The notes under the pieces are model-generated. The model did no database searches. It was not told where the DNA came from and was given only the letters and a program-made list of their open reading frames with translations. A program made the translations under genes and the position numbers. From the NCBI RefSeq assembly GCF_001194135.2, contig NC_068989.1, positions 7,990,825-8,054,824 of the forward strand: a DNA stretch of 64,000 bases, given 5' to 3'. Below, one piece after another: positions 46,187-58,274 of the stretch. How positions within the stretch are numbered: the stretch's first letter is position 1; each line of letters opens with the position of its first letter. This DNA comes from Octopus bimaculoides (lineage: Eukaryota).

Positions 46187-46558
46187 ACCTCCGCCTTAGC
46201 GAGGGCAGAGGTATTGTTTTCAGTCGTGTTTGTTTCTTTGTTTGTCCGTGGACAAGACGTCTCAAGAACCGCTTGATGGATTCAGATGAAAATTTCAGGG
46301 ATGTTTGGCCTCGTGACTGGCACGAACTGATTAGAATTTGGGATCGATCCGATACCAGACAAGGATTCTGGATTATTTTTCCGTTTTTTTTTTTTACTTA
46401 ATTTTTGAGAGCAGATGGGTTCATTTTCAGTATTCTCGTTTGTGAGAGCAGTCAAGTTTATTTCAGATATTCTTATTTTAAACATCATCTTCGGCTAATC
46501 GTTGACAGGATGTTGGTGTTGCCTTGGCGGAGGTTTGCGCTCCATGAGTGCTCTTGTT
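46187..46558 (+). mobile_element. Helentron-associated (HINE/DINE-like) non-autonomous element
   Basis: Subterminal inverted repeats acctccgcc (46187) and ggcggaggt (46526), a short tttg/tttc tract, 3' hairpin gcgctccatgagtgc and T-rich ends. Confidence 0.7.
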
Positions 46559-46568
46559 ATTATTATTA

Positions 46569-46624
<56 letters not shown>

Positions 46625-46634
46625 GTTATTTTTA

Positions 46635-46702
<68 letters not shown>

Positions 46703-46704
<2 letters not shown>

Positions 46705-46919
46705 GGCGGTGAGCTGGCAGAATCGTTAGGACACCGGGAGAAATGCTTAGCAGTATTTAATCCGTCTTCATGTTCTGGGGAGTTCAAATTCCGTTGATCA
46801 CGACTTTGCTTTCATTCTTTCGGGATCGATGAAATAAGTACCAGTTGCATACTAGGGTCGATATATTCCACTAACCCAACTCCCCCAAATTTCAGGCCCT
46901 TGTGCCTATCGTAGAAAGG

Positions 46920-46920
<1 letters not shown>
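46703..46920 (+). mobile_element. SINE family A (tail type i)
   Basis: (ATT)n-aaggcggtgagctggcagaatcg...ttcaggcccttgtgcctatcgtagaaagga-(TTA)n. Confidence 0.9.
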
Positions 46921-46978
<58 letters not shown>

Positions 46979-47083
46979 GTGTTTTACTTCCTGCAGTTTT
47001 GTTTCGGTTTCTTGCCGAGTGTCTTCGCGACACCCAGGATAAAGAAACTCACTGTNNNNNNNNNNATAATAATAATAATAATG

Positions 47084-47129
<46 letters not shown>

Positions 47130-47131
47130 TG

Positions 47132-47170
<39 letters not shown>

Positions 47171-47364
47171 GTAATAATAATAATGATAACATGGAAGATT
47201 ATCGTTCTCGCAACAACAATGACGTACAAGTTTTTATAATTCTGGCAGGGTTGGCTAGCCAAGGATTATCCTTAAATAATTTTCAGTTTGGTAATTCCCA
47301 GTGCTCTTACAAACACTGGTATTGTAACCGCCTTGAGATGCCACATCATCATCATCATCATAAC

Positions 47365-47430
<66 letters not shown>

Positions 47431-47434
47431 TACT

Positions 47435-47652
47435 AGGGCGGTGAGCTGAAAGAATCGTTAGCACGCTGGATGAAATGCTTAAGCGGTAGTTCGCCCGTCG
47501 CTACTTTCTGGGTTCAAATTCCACCGAGGTCGATTTTGACTTTCATCCTTTCGGGGGTCTGTAAAATAAGTACCAGTTGAAGAGTGGGTCGATGTAATCG
47601 ACTCAGCCTCCCCATCCCGCCAAAGTGCTGCCCTTGTGACAACATTTGAACC
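47435..47652 (+). mobile_element. SINE family A (tail type ii)
   Basis: Full head; tail gctgcccttgtgacaacatttgaacc. Confidence 0.9.
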
Positions 47653-47670
47653 ATTATTATTGTTATTATC

Positions 47671-47718
<48 letters not shown>

Positions 47719-47719
<1 letters not shown>

Positions 47720-47930
47720 GGGCGGTGATCTGGCAGAATCTTTAGCACGCCGGACGAAATGTTTTGTAGCATTTTGTCCGTCTTTCCGTTCTCGGTTCAA
47801 GTTCCGCCGCGGTCGACTTTACTTTTCATACTTTCGTGGTAGATAAAGTAAGTACCAGTTGAACACTGGGGCCGATATAATCGGCTCATTCTCACCTCCC
47901 CCAAGCTGCTCTTGTGGCAAAAATTTGAAA

Positions 47931-47932
<2 letters not shown>
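47719..47932 (+). mobile_element. SINE family A (tail type ii)
   Basis: Full head; tail gctgctcttgtggcaaaaatttgaaatc. Confidence 0.9.
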
Positions 47933-47992
<60 letters not shown>

Positions 47993-47996
47993 GATT

Positions 47997-48210
47997 AGGG
48001 CGGCGAGCTGGCAGGATTGTTAGCACGCCGGGCGAACTGCTTAGCGGTATTTCGCCCGTCTCTAAGATCTGAGTTCAAATTCCACCGAGATCGACTTTAC
48101 CTTTTATCCTTTCGGAGTCGATAAATTAAGTACCAGTTGAGTACTGGAGTCGATGTAATCAGCTATCTCCCTCCCACAAATTTCAGGCCTTTTGCCTATA
48201 ACAAAAAGGA
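47997..48210 (+). mobile_element. SINE family A (tail type i)
   Basis: Full head; tail aaatttcaggccttttgcctataacaaaaagga. Confidence 0.9.
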
Positions 48211-49049
48211 TTATTGTTATTATTGTCATTATTTGAGGAGTTAGTAACCGGAGGACAATATAGATTTCAGGATAGCCTGATATTTAAGTACATTATTATT
48301 CTTTCACAATTTTAAGCGAGGATTTCAAATTTCTGTTTGTTATTGAAAATATGTTTCTCTTAAACCCACAAACAAGACTTACCTTCTAAGCTACAGATAT
48401 ACACGCATACATAAATGCTTGCCTAAGTATATATATATATATNNNNNNNNNNNNNNNNNNNNNNNNNNNNNNNNNNNNNNNNNNNNNNNNNNNNNNNNNN
48501 NNNNNNNNNNNNNNNNNNNNNNNNNNNNNNNNNNNNNNNNNNNNNNNNNNNNNNNNNNNNNNNNNNNNNNNNNNNNNNNNNNNNNNNNNNNNNNNNNNNN
48601 NNNNNNNNNNNNNNNNNNNNNNNNNNNNNNNNNNNNNNNNNNNNNNNNNNNNNNNNNNNNNNNNNNNNNNNNNNNNNNNNNNNNNNNNNNNNNNNNNNNN
48701 NNNNNNNNNNNNNNNNNNNNNNNNNNNNNNNNNNNNNNNNNNNNNNNNNNNNNNNNNNNNNNNNNNNNNNNNNNNNNNNNNNNNNNNNNNNNNNNNNNNN
48801 NNNNNNNNNNNNNNNNNNNNNNNNNNNNNNNNNNNNNNNNNNNNNNNNNNNNNNNNNNNNNNNNNNNNNNNNNNNNNNNNNNNNNNNNNNNNNNNNNNNN
48901 NNNNNNNNNNNNNNNNNNNNNNNNNNNNNNNNNNNNNNNNNNNNNNNNNNNNNNNNNNNNNNNNNNNNNNNNNNNNNNNNNNNNNNNNNNNNNNNNNNNN
49001 NNNNNNNNNNNNNNNNNNNNNNNNNNNNNNNNNNNNNNNNNNNNNNNAA

Positions 49050-49245
49050 GTGCATGTGTGTGTGTGCGTGTGTGTTGTGTTAGTCCCGTAACTTAGCGGT
49101 CCGGCAAGAAAGAGACGATAGAATAAGTACCAGGTTTAAAAAAAATATTAAGTCATTGGGGCGATTCATTCGAGTAAAACCCTTTAAGGCGGTGCCCCAG
49201 CATGACCGCAGTCTAATGACTGAAACAAGTAAAAGATAAAAGAAA
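49050..49245 (+). mobile_element. SINE family B 3' half
   Basis: cccgtaacttagcggtccggcaag...ggcggtgccccagcatgaccgcagtctaatgactgaaacaagtaaaaga. Confidence 0.85.
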
Positions 49246-49964
49246 ACAAAAGATGGAAGATCGTTATCCTGGTTATCAACGTCATCGTGGTAATCATCGT
49301 CTTCCCCATCGTCGTTTAGTCATCGTTTTCGTTGTTGTCACAGTTTTCGAGGTCGTTATTGTTATCATTTTATTTGCATTACACTAAATACTCATATTAA
49401 GATCATATAACTTGTAAGCGGAGTATAAATAGGCCTTAATCAGTATAGTCCAAGAAGAGAAAGGTGGAAACTACGAATAAAGTAGTCCTCCAAAGAGTTC
49501 CATTAGAAAATTATTGAATCCACACCATGTTAAAACTAAAGTTGTTCACTGTTTTTTTTTCTTACGTAATAAACCTTACGTCTGTACTGTTTTGTTACCA
49601 GAGTTAGAATAGATTTTATGAATTATTTAAGAACTTGAACAGACGTACCTCAGCATAATACTGCTGTTAAATTTATCATTCCCTTTGGTGATTAGAAATC
49701 AATAGTCGAATGATCTGGGTGAAATTTTAATTGAGAAATCGTAACAAACTTGCAGATGTATGAGGATACAAACGGGTTTTAAATATCTTACCGTGGTACT
49801 TGGGAGTTTATACTCAACAAAATTCGATTTATGCTTAATTCAAGTTACTTTAGATAAAATCACAACTAGATCATCTCACCTCTGTTCGAACTAACTATTC
49901 TATATACGTTCAGGTCAACACATCGACATTTGAAATTTCGCTGTTGTAGTTATTAACTTTCATG

Positions 49965-50190
49965 AAGGCTGAAAGCTGACAGAATCGTCAGAGCATCATC
50001 AGAAAAATTTCCTTGAGATATTTAATTGGCTCATTATGTTCTGTGTTCAAATCCTACCGTGGTCAGCGTTTCCTTTTACTCCCTGGGAGCTCATAAAATA
50101 AAGTACCAGTCTAGTACTGATCAATGTAATCGATTAACTTTCTTCACTTTAAAATTTCTGGCTTTGTGTCTAAATTAGAAACCGTTATTA
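49965..50190 (+). mobile_element. SINE family A (degenerate)
   Basis: gctgacagaatcgtc...gttcaaatcctaccgtggtc...aaataaagtaccagt. Confidence 0.6.
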
Positions 50191-50425
50191 GTCTTCAAAT
50201 TTTTTTTTCTGGTTACTTTTGAAAATAATGAACAAATATAGGAATATAAATTTATATTATTCTTTGATCTTGGCAAAAAAAGAATGAGATGGTATGTCTA
50301 GAATTGGTAAGAACTGAAGTTTATAAATTTAGATAATTTCGATTCGTAATATCACACCCACCCAACCCAGCCTTTTATCTCTGTCTACTGTTTGAAGAGA
50401 CGAAATCGTTGGCTGTTGAAAACAT

Positions 50426-51304
50426 CTATTCCATCTGATAGGCAGAGAATTCTGAAATAAAGAAATACAAAACATGGGTCATTAGTTTTGGAAAGGATTC
50501 AGTTTTTTTATGACATGAATTGTCCCGTTTGCAATATGGTAAACATTTATATTTGGTGAGAATGTCACTTTTGTTATTCTTGCATTGTCTGGCAGAGGGC
50601 AGGTTGCTAAGACACCGTTTCATGATGTTCAGCACACTGGGGAAGGATATTTTGCTATAGATCTGTTTGTACTTGGACACAGCGTGCTTGTAGAGATATG
50701 CAGAAGTCAAGAGGTAATCATTGGTAACCAGAAGAAAATGAGTATAAGACGAGTCATTTTCATAAATATCGTTGTTTAAGCTGACTATACCAAACGTACA
50801 AATCCCTTCTTTCAAGAACGTAATATAATACAGGAGGTGAGATTCAGCCCAATGGGATTTAGTAAACGTTTCACTGTCCTTACGGAACCTTACAGCTTCA
50901 GACATAACCTCATTGATTCTTTTGTGTCCCAAAGTAGTTATATACAAACCAACTATCGTGCGGAGAGACACTGTATGCGTCAGCACAGGAGTTGGAAGGA
51001 TGGTAAACCAGTTGTGCCCGTTCGGTTTCAGCTTTCCCGAAAGAACGTCCGGGTAGTTGAATTCTCTGTCGAAGATAAATTTATTTCGATATAAAATACT
51101 TCCCCATAACGATTTAGATATCTTAGCATGTTTCGTCGACCGTTCTTTTCGAATATGTCTGTTGACCTTCAGGTTATTGTTTGGTATGTTCAAGTGTTCT
51201 TCCTTCATAGACGTCTTGTTGGGTTGGTGTTGCAGCTGTTCGTTTTCCACCAAGGTGGAGCTTACCAGACCGAACGTAAGTACGGTGATCAATAGCACAT
51301 ACAT
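50426..51304 (-). CDS. Unknown secreted protein, 292 aa (signal peptide, propeptide, RxxR site, Cys-rich C-terminus)
   Basis: 879-nt uninterrupted non-repetitive ORF. Hydrophobic MYVLLITVLTFGLVSS N-terminus, RHIRKER/S at aa 49-56, sequons NKT, NDS and NKS, six Cys. Strong acceptor ttttgcaatttttcAG at 51320-51319, with the frame also open back to the acceptor. Confidence 0.7.
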   Translation of the reverse strand: MYVLLITVLTFGLVSSTLVENEQLQHQPNKTSMKEEHLNIPNNNLKVNRHIRKERSTKHAKISKSLWGSILYRNKFIFDREFNYPDVLSGKLKPNGHNWFTILPTPVLTHTVSLRTIVGLYITTLGHKRINEVMSEAVRFRKDSETFTKSHWAESHLLYYITFLKEGICTFGIVSLNNDIYENDSSYTHFLLVTNDYLLTSAYLYKHAVSKYKQIYSKISFPSVLNIMKRCLSNLPSARQCKNNKSDILTKYKCLPYCKRDNSCHKKTESFPKLMTHVLYFFISEFSAYQME

Positions 51305-51704
51305 TTTACGGCGCTCATCTGAAAAATTGCAAAATATCAGAAAACCAAGATTAAATTAGTAACTGCATTTACTACGCGCCATATTAACAAAAGCAACAAG
51401 AACAACAACAACGGCTTCAGCCTACGAGTAAAGGTGCGTCATCTGGGAATCGAAATCAAGTCTGGGCTCTTAACTTTAAGGAAATGGTAGATGTTTCTTT
51501 TGTATAGAGGATCGGGGTAACGCATTTAATAGGGAAAAGAAGGTGATGCCATGATATACAGTCTCCATGCTCCACCATGATATACAAAAAGGAGTTGGTT
51601 GAAATAATTTAGATTACAACAAAGGAAATATTCATTTTTGATTGGTTTGAGGAGGAAAGAATACACTGTGTAAGCTTTCTCGGCTCTCCAAGATTGGGCG
51701 ATAA

Positions 51705-51890
51705 TAATAATTTGAAATTTTAGCACAAGGTCAGCAATTTTAGGGATTACGTTGAGTACTGTGTCCAACTGGTACTTATTTTATCAACCTCGAAGGGAAA
51801 AATCGACCTTGCCGGCACTCAAACTCGGAACGCAAAGAGCCGGAAGAAGTGCCGCTAAGCATTTTGTCCGGTGGGGTAACGATTCTATTA
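51705..51890 (-). mobile_element. SINE family A
   Basis: tttgaaattttagcacaaggtcagc...ggtacttattttatc...gctaagcattttgtccgg. Confidence 0.75.
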
Positions 51891-52014
51891 GATTGAGCGA
51901 CAGTAATAGTATAGTAATGTACTGTTACAAAAGGCACACCTGATAACACTTTTCGACAGGCAGCATAATTTGTTCTACGAAGGTGTTACTTTGGGGCACA
52001 TCTAGGCCTTAGGT

Positions 52015-52236
52015 CATTGGTTCTCAATCATTTTCCACTTACGGAATTAAATATAAGGAATTATATAAGGAGTTGTTAAAATATTTTGTGTATTGGCGGT
52101 GTCCCGGTGTGGCCATAGCCTTTAGGCGGAAACATAAAAGAATTGTAGAACTATATAACCAATTTATGGCACATAAATTTTATCAGCAAAATCGTGGATT
52201 CCTAAGGGTCAAATGGGCCCCGGTTGGGAACCATTG
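52015..52236. mobile_element. hAT-like MITE
   Basis: Termini cattggttctcaa and ttgggaaccattg; imperfect 8-bp flanks ccttaggt and ctttagac. Confidence 0.6.
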
Positions 52237-52309
52237 CTTTAGACTCTTAACCAGAAATCGACTTTTGTCTTCTGATATCTAAATATTCCTTTCTAATGAT
52301 ATTTAATAA

Positions 52310-52615
52310 ACTCAATCCCAATGGCTTCTGCTCATTAGGATCTCCATAATAGTTTCTATCCAATAAACTCTCTCAAATGGATTCTAATTAGTGAGGCCTA
52401 CCCAAATGGTTTGTTGAAATTATTGAATAAATTCTACCCAATGGCTTTCATCCTCAGATTCTACAAAAATGGAATAAACCTATTAGAATAGAATGAGCGC
52501 TCCCTCCAATAACTCATATCAAATGATATTTGGCTAATGAATTTTATATAATGACCAATACTCAACGACTTCACTCCAATATCCTCTACCTTTGGATTCT
52601 ATCGAATGGTATCCA
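52310..52615. repeat. Degenerate minisatellite with ttctacccaatgg-like core
   Basis: About ten irregularly spaced variants of (c)caatgg or ccaata. Confidence 0.5.
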
Positions 52616-53923
52616 AAGATTCATGTTGTCTTTCAATAATTTTTCTTAATATGCTTTTAGCATTGCTTTAAAACAAATTAAGCTTTATAACCAATCAAGG
52701 TGAACACAAAGTTTGACAATTAATTTTGTGTATCATTCGGCTTCCATAGGATCAGGCAAGGCTGTGTGGTTGAGAAAATTGCTTCGTAATCATGTGGTTT
52801 ATAATTACAGGCTTATAGCTCGTTAGAGTAAACTATAATTAATTCGTAACTATGCGGTATCAGGTTGATTTATAGCTAGTTTGATACAAAACTCTGAAGT
52901 CACTGCATGAAGCCATTGCCCTTAATCGATCAAAGCCATATGAATGAAATCTGGGAAAAAGAAACCATGTGTTAGAGGGCAGGCTTTATCTATTTCTTGT
53001 TTAATGCCCCGAAGTTTGGTAGCTGGGCAGCTTTAGCGGAGTCTGCTCTGTTGCAAACATTCAGGTTAGGTCACGCGTCTGATATCTTTCTCTCTTTCTC
53101 TCTTTCTCCCACGAGTTATATATACTTATGTCTTTAATAATTTCAATAATTTTCCCCTGTTGTCACAACCACTTTGAGCTGATTTCAGCTGCCATTCCTA
53201 TCGCTTTGGTGGGGCTCTACAGTTGTCCAGGCATCTGACCAATTTTCTGCACGAAATAGTGGAAAGCTAACTTCAATAAGGAATGAGATGTGTGCCATCT
53301 CTTCACAAGGGTCTCATCGATCAAGTCCTGATTTTTTTTTAGCTAGATATGTCGAGTTTATTCTCCAAAAGTACTGTAAGTTCAACCACGATTCATGTTT
53401 TCTAGGATTTATTAATCAATTTCCATCATAACATTTTTGCATAATAAATGATAACCCCCTCCCATTTTACTCAAAGGTCTAATCTATAAATTGATAGCAT
53501 CGAGTGATTCTATGCAAGCAGCAGTAGTACAGTAAAACTGATAAGTTCTTCACTAGCTTGAAAGTCTGATTTTTCAACTACTCCATAGAAGTCGATTGTA
53601 GAGGGTTGTAAAAGTTTCCTCGGTACATTCCACGAAGACAAGCATCTGTGGTTCCAAAATTAACAAACAAATTATACCGCTCTAACAATACGATGACCAG
53701 GACGAAAAAAAAAATAAAATAAAATAAAAGTCACCGCCAATGTCACACATGACCTCTGTTTAGTATCTTATGTCTATATTGTTTCCAATGAGTGCATCGC
53801 TTGCACTGGTAGCATTTTGTAATGAATATTGTATCAATGTATAAACCCGTTCGCAGACGCAACAGTTTGCTGCAGCATTGTGTAATGAATACAACAGCAA
53901 CAACAACGACCCTCCCCACCCAT

Positions 53924-53990
<67 letters not shown>

Positions 53991-54000
53991 GCTACTACTA
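53924..54000. repeat. (CTA)n microsatellite
   Basis: Directly visible. Confidence 0.95.
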
Positions 54001-55669
54001 CAAATTCTGTAGACCGTGAGTTTATTCTTTCAAGTCTACAATTGCTTGTTGCACTATACGGCGGATTCAGTTACTGCATACAACTAATTTAACTGAACAC
54101 CATGTTGTCCGTGGGTTTCCACTTTCACAACAACACAATGTAATGGATAGCACATCTGTTCAGTTCGTGTACACTGTATGGTAAAATGCATAATTAAGTT
54201 CGGTCCCTGTTTTATTTAAGTGCTGTTGCGTCGTACTCCGTGTAAAGTTTTATAAGTTTAACCATGCAGGCACGTGTGTTTACTATACTGGCATTGAAAT
54301 TGATTCTAATAACAATTGCCATCGCGTGTTGCGCCAGCTGCTGCTTACAGTGCCCTCTACTGACTTGTATTTCAATCTTCCAAATGTTTTCTCTCAACAA
54401 ACACCGGGTAGATTTACGTAAACAACGGGTTATTTGAAATCGTTGTGTAGTGTAAACAGTGTAAAATGAAATATGTACTTGTCGATTTCAGATGTTAATT
54501 GCCTAATCAGACTTAACTTTAATGAACTATCGGACAACGTTTACTCATCATTGATATTTTGACTCCAGAACCATTAGCACGCCGGGCTAAAGGCTATGAT
54601 GATCTCCAGCTACTTCTGCTCGTGATCAGAGATGCTCATATCGTCAGCCACCAAGTGACATGCTCAACTGGTTAAGGTCAAACAACTGACAAGCAAATCT
54701 GTGGTATTAAGCAGAATACTCTCTTGCTTCTTTGATGAGAAGCCATAACTTTTCAAAATTATTTAAATAATGATTAACATAAACAATTGCTAAAAAGACT
54801 ATGAGAACAAATGTAAATATAAATGTGTAATTTCAGTAAAGAGACTATAAATTTTCGAAGCAAATGACCTTCAGACAAATGTTCTTTTTCGGACTAATCT
54901 TCAATGAAATATCTATACTACTGGGCAGTTGACGACTACGATAGTTCACCGTTTTCTTTTCTTTACCCCCAAACTACAACAGATGTATTATTTGCATTTA
55001 GTAATAGTTTGATGATAATATTTCACTGAGATTGTTATGTTGGAATGTATGAATATATTTAAAGAACGTCACAAATATTTTCTAATAGTTATTCCAGAGC
55101 AGCCGCATCTACGGTTGGCATTGTACATTGTTTTAGCAACAACATCATGCTGAGCAAGACAGTAATATCATCATGACATTTTTGGACAGTTGCTAACTTT
55201 ACCAGTATTTTAGGTCGCATCTAACGGTTTTAAAAGCGTCACTCTATCCTTTGTTCAACAGATATTTTGTAGCTATTTCTTCCTCTTGGATGGCAAAAAC
55301 ACATCCTTGGAAATTAGAAATGGTTTAACGGTCTCGATTTAATATTAACCATAACTACTTTCAATGCTAACTCCATTTAGAAATTAGTGCTAAACATGAT
55401 TGTCTTTAACATTTTGTAATTATCCTGAGTGTTTCGCGCCAAGAGCTGTATTAAAATCAAGCCATTAGTAGTTCTGTGATTACATAGGATATTTTTTGGG
55501 ACTGGAGGTTGGTTGAAGAAGAGTTCAGCAGGGTTACTAACAGTGACGGCCGTTTGTTTGGATTACGAAATATAAATGTCGTTAAAGCTGCTTAGCTGTA
55601 GTGTTATCCTGGTTACTTAATTCTAGATTAAGAGTACGTATGATAAAAATCATGTTCAGCCAGGGGCTA

Positions 55670-55767
55670 AAGTAGAAAACATTTCCCTAGGATGCCGTAC
55701 AGTGGGATTGAACCCGAAACTACGTGGTTGCTCAGCGACCTTACAGATATATATATATAAATGTGTG

Positions 55768-55836
<69 letters not shown>
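55670..55836 (-). mobile_element. SINE family B head fragment plus (GT)n microsatellite
   Basis: gtagaaaacatttccctagg...gtgggattgaacccg, followed by (GT)n. Confidence 0.65.
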
Positions 55837-55841
<5 letters not shown>

Positions 55842-56599
55842 TATGTACGTGTATGCATAAAAGCATATTTAGAAAACTTGTACACGTATATTGTTTTATT
55901 TTGTGATGGTCATTTTGCCAGTTAAAATACACGCACCGTTTGCAGTTCAGTTTTATTATTACTTCTAATTAATTTCTCCATTTCTCTCGAGATACGGAGA
56001 AGTCACTGAAAAAGTAACAGTTGTGTGACGAAAGACAGTGAAATGATATAAAACTGAACTATACACGTCGGCTCTATTTTACAGGTAAAATAGGGTAATA
56101 CCTGTTTCAGTTTCAAGAATCCCTAGAAACATATGCAATAAACGAATATACATACATACATACATACATGCACACACACACACACTCACAATTGAAATTT
56201 ATATATATATATAGTCAATTCAATAATATATATATGTATATATGTATGTATATANNNNNNNNNNNNNNNNNNNNNNNNNNNNNNNNNNNNNNNNNNNNNN
56301 NNNNNNNNNNNNNNNNNNNNNNNNNNNNNNNNNNNNNNNNNNNNNNNNNNNNNNNNNNNNNNNNNNNNNNNNNNNNNNNNNNNNNNNNNNNNNNNNNNNN
56401 NNNNNNNNNNNNNNNNNNNNNNNNNNNNNNNNNNNNNNNNNNNNNNNNNNNNNNNNNNNNNNNNNNNNNNNNNNNNNNNNNNNNNNNNNNNNNNNNNNNN
56501 NNNNNNNNNNNNNNNNNNNNNNNNNNNNNNNNNNNNNNNNNNNNNNNNNNNNNNNNNNNNNNNNNNNNNNNNNNNNNNNNNNNNNNNNNTGTTACAAAT

Positions 56600-56965
56600 T
56601 CCGCCGAGGTTGACCTATTCTTTAAGCCTTTGAAGAATAAATCGACACCATTACTTATTTTTTAAAGACCGGTACTTGTTCTATCTGTCTTTTTTGCCGA
56701 ACACCTAAGTTACCGGACGTAAACTAACGAAAGCCTGTTTTCAAGAGGTAGCGAGAGGAACAAACAGAAACGCAAACACACATATATACGTACATATACG
56801 GTGAACTTCTTTCAGTTTCCCCTCAACCAAATGCCATCACGTGGCTTTGGTCAGTCCGGGGCTATAGTAGAAGAAAGTTCCCCAAGGTGTCCCCAATGTG
56901 TCCTGCGCAAGAACTGAACTCAAGGCCACACCACTAGGAAGCAACTTTCTTCTTCACACAACCGC
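56600..56965 (-). mobile_element. SINE family B (degenerate, near full length)
   Basis: tttttgccgaacacctaagtta...cttctttcagtttcc...gctatagtagaag...cttcacacaaccgcacctg. Confidence 0.75.
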
Positions 56966-57123
56966 ACCTGCTCCTATCGTCGCCATTTTTTGTTTTAATG
57001 ACGGGAGGGATGATTCGATGAATAATTGGCTACTACTTCTAACATGTCGAGCGACCTTACTAAGGTTCACTCCTTTAACATTAATTTCTGTTGCGTTATG
57101 ATGTCGACAATATAGTTTTCACT

Positions 57124-57605
57124 GAGGGCGGCGAGTTGGTAGAAACGTTAGCACGCTGGGCGAAATGCTTAGCGACATTTCGTCTGCCGTAACGTTCTGA
57201 GTTCAAATTCCGCCTAGGCCGATTTGCCTTTCATCCTTTCGGGGTCGATAAATTAAGTACCAGTTACGCACTGGTGTCGATATAATCGACTTAATCCATT
57301 TGTCTGTCCTTGTTTGTCTCCTCTATGCTTAGCCCCCGTTGGGCAATAAAGAAATAAATATTTAATTGGTACTTTATTTTGGAGGTGAGTTGGCAGAAAC
57401 GTTAGCACGTCGGGCGAAATGCTTAGTGGTATTTCGTCTGCTGTTACGTTCTGAGTTCAAATTCCGCCGAGGTCGACTTTGCCTTTCATCCTTTCGGGGT
57501 CGATAAATAAACTACTAATTACGCACTGGGGTCGATATAATCGACTTAATCCCTTTGTTTGTTCCCTCTATGTTTAGCTCCTTGTGGGCGATAAAGAAAT
57601 AAGAA
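57124..57605 (+). mobile_element. Two tandem young SINE family A copies with tail type iii (57124-57357; 57381-57605)
   Basis: Near-identical heads and bodies; tails tttgtctgtcc...gggcaataaagaaata. Confidence 0.9.
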
Positions 57606-58240
57606 ACGTNNNNNNNNNNNNNNNNNNNNNNNNNNNNNNNNNNNNNNNNNNNNNNNNNNNNNNNNNNNNNNNNNNNNNNNNNNNNNNNNNNNNNNNNNNN
57701 NNNNNNNNNNNNNNNNNNNNNNNNNNNNNNNNNNNNNNNNNNNNNNNNNNNNNNNNNNNNNNNNNNNNNNNNNNNNNNNNNNNNNNNNNNNNNNNNNNNN
57801 NNNNNNNNNNNNNNNNNNNNNNNNNNNNNNNNNNNNNNNNNNNNNNNNNNNNNNNNNNNNNNNNNNNNNNNNNNNNNNNNNNNNNNNNNNNNNNNNNNNN
57901 NNNNNNNNNNNNNNNNNNNNNNNNNNNNNNNNNNNNNNNNNNNNNNNNNNNNNNNNNNNNNNNNNNNNNNNNNNNNNNNNNNNNNNNNNNNNNNNNNNNN
58001 NNNNNNNNNNNNNNNNNNNNNNNNNNNNNNNNNNNNNNNNNNNNNNNNNNNNNNNNNNNNNNNNNNNNNNNNNNNNNNNNNNNNNNNNNNNNNNNNNNNN
58101 NNNNNNNNNNNNNNNNNNNNNNNNNNNNNNNNNNNNNNNNNNNNNNNNNNNNNNNNCTGCAATCGCTGAGTATGCATGTATTTTGTGAAGTGTATGTGTG
58201 TGCATGTGTGCATGTGTGTGTGTGTGTGCGTGTGCGTGCA

Positions 58241-58274
<34 letters not shown>

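Noticed and set aside
46070-46220. Duplicated start of the Helentron-like element
   Set aside because: Flanks a 10-N gap; assembly artefact.
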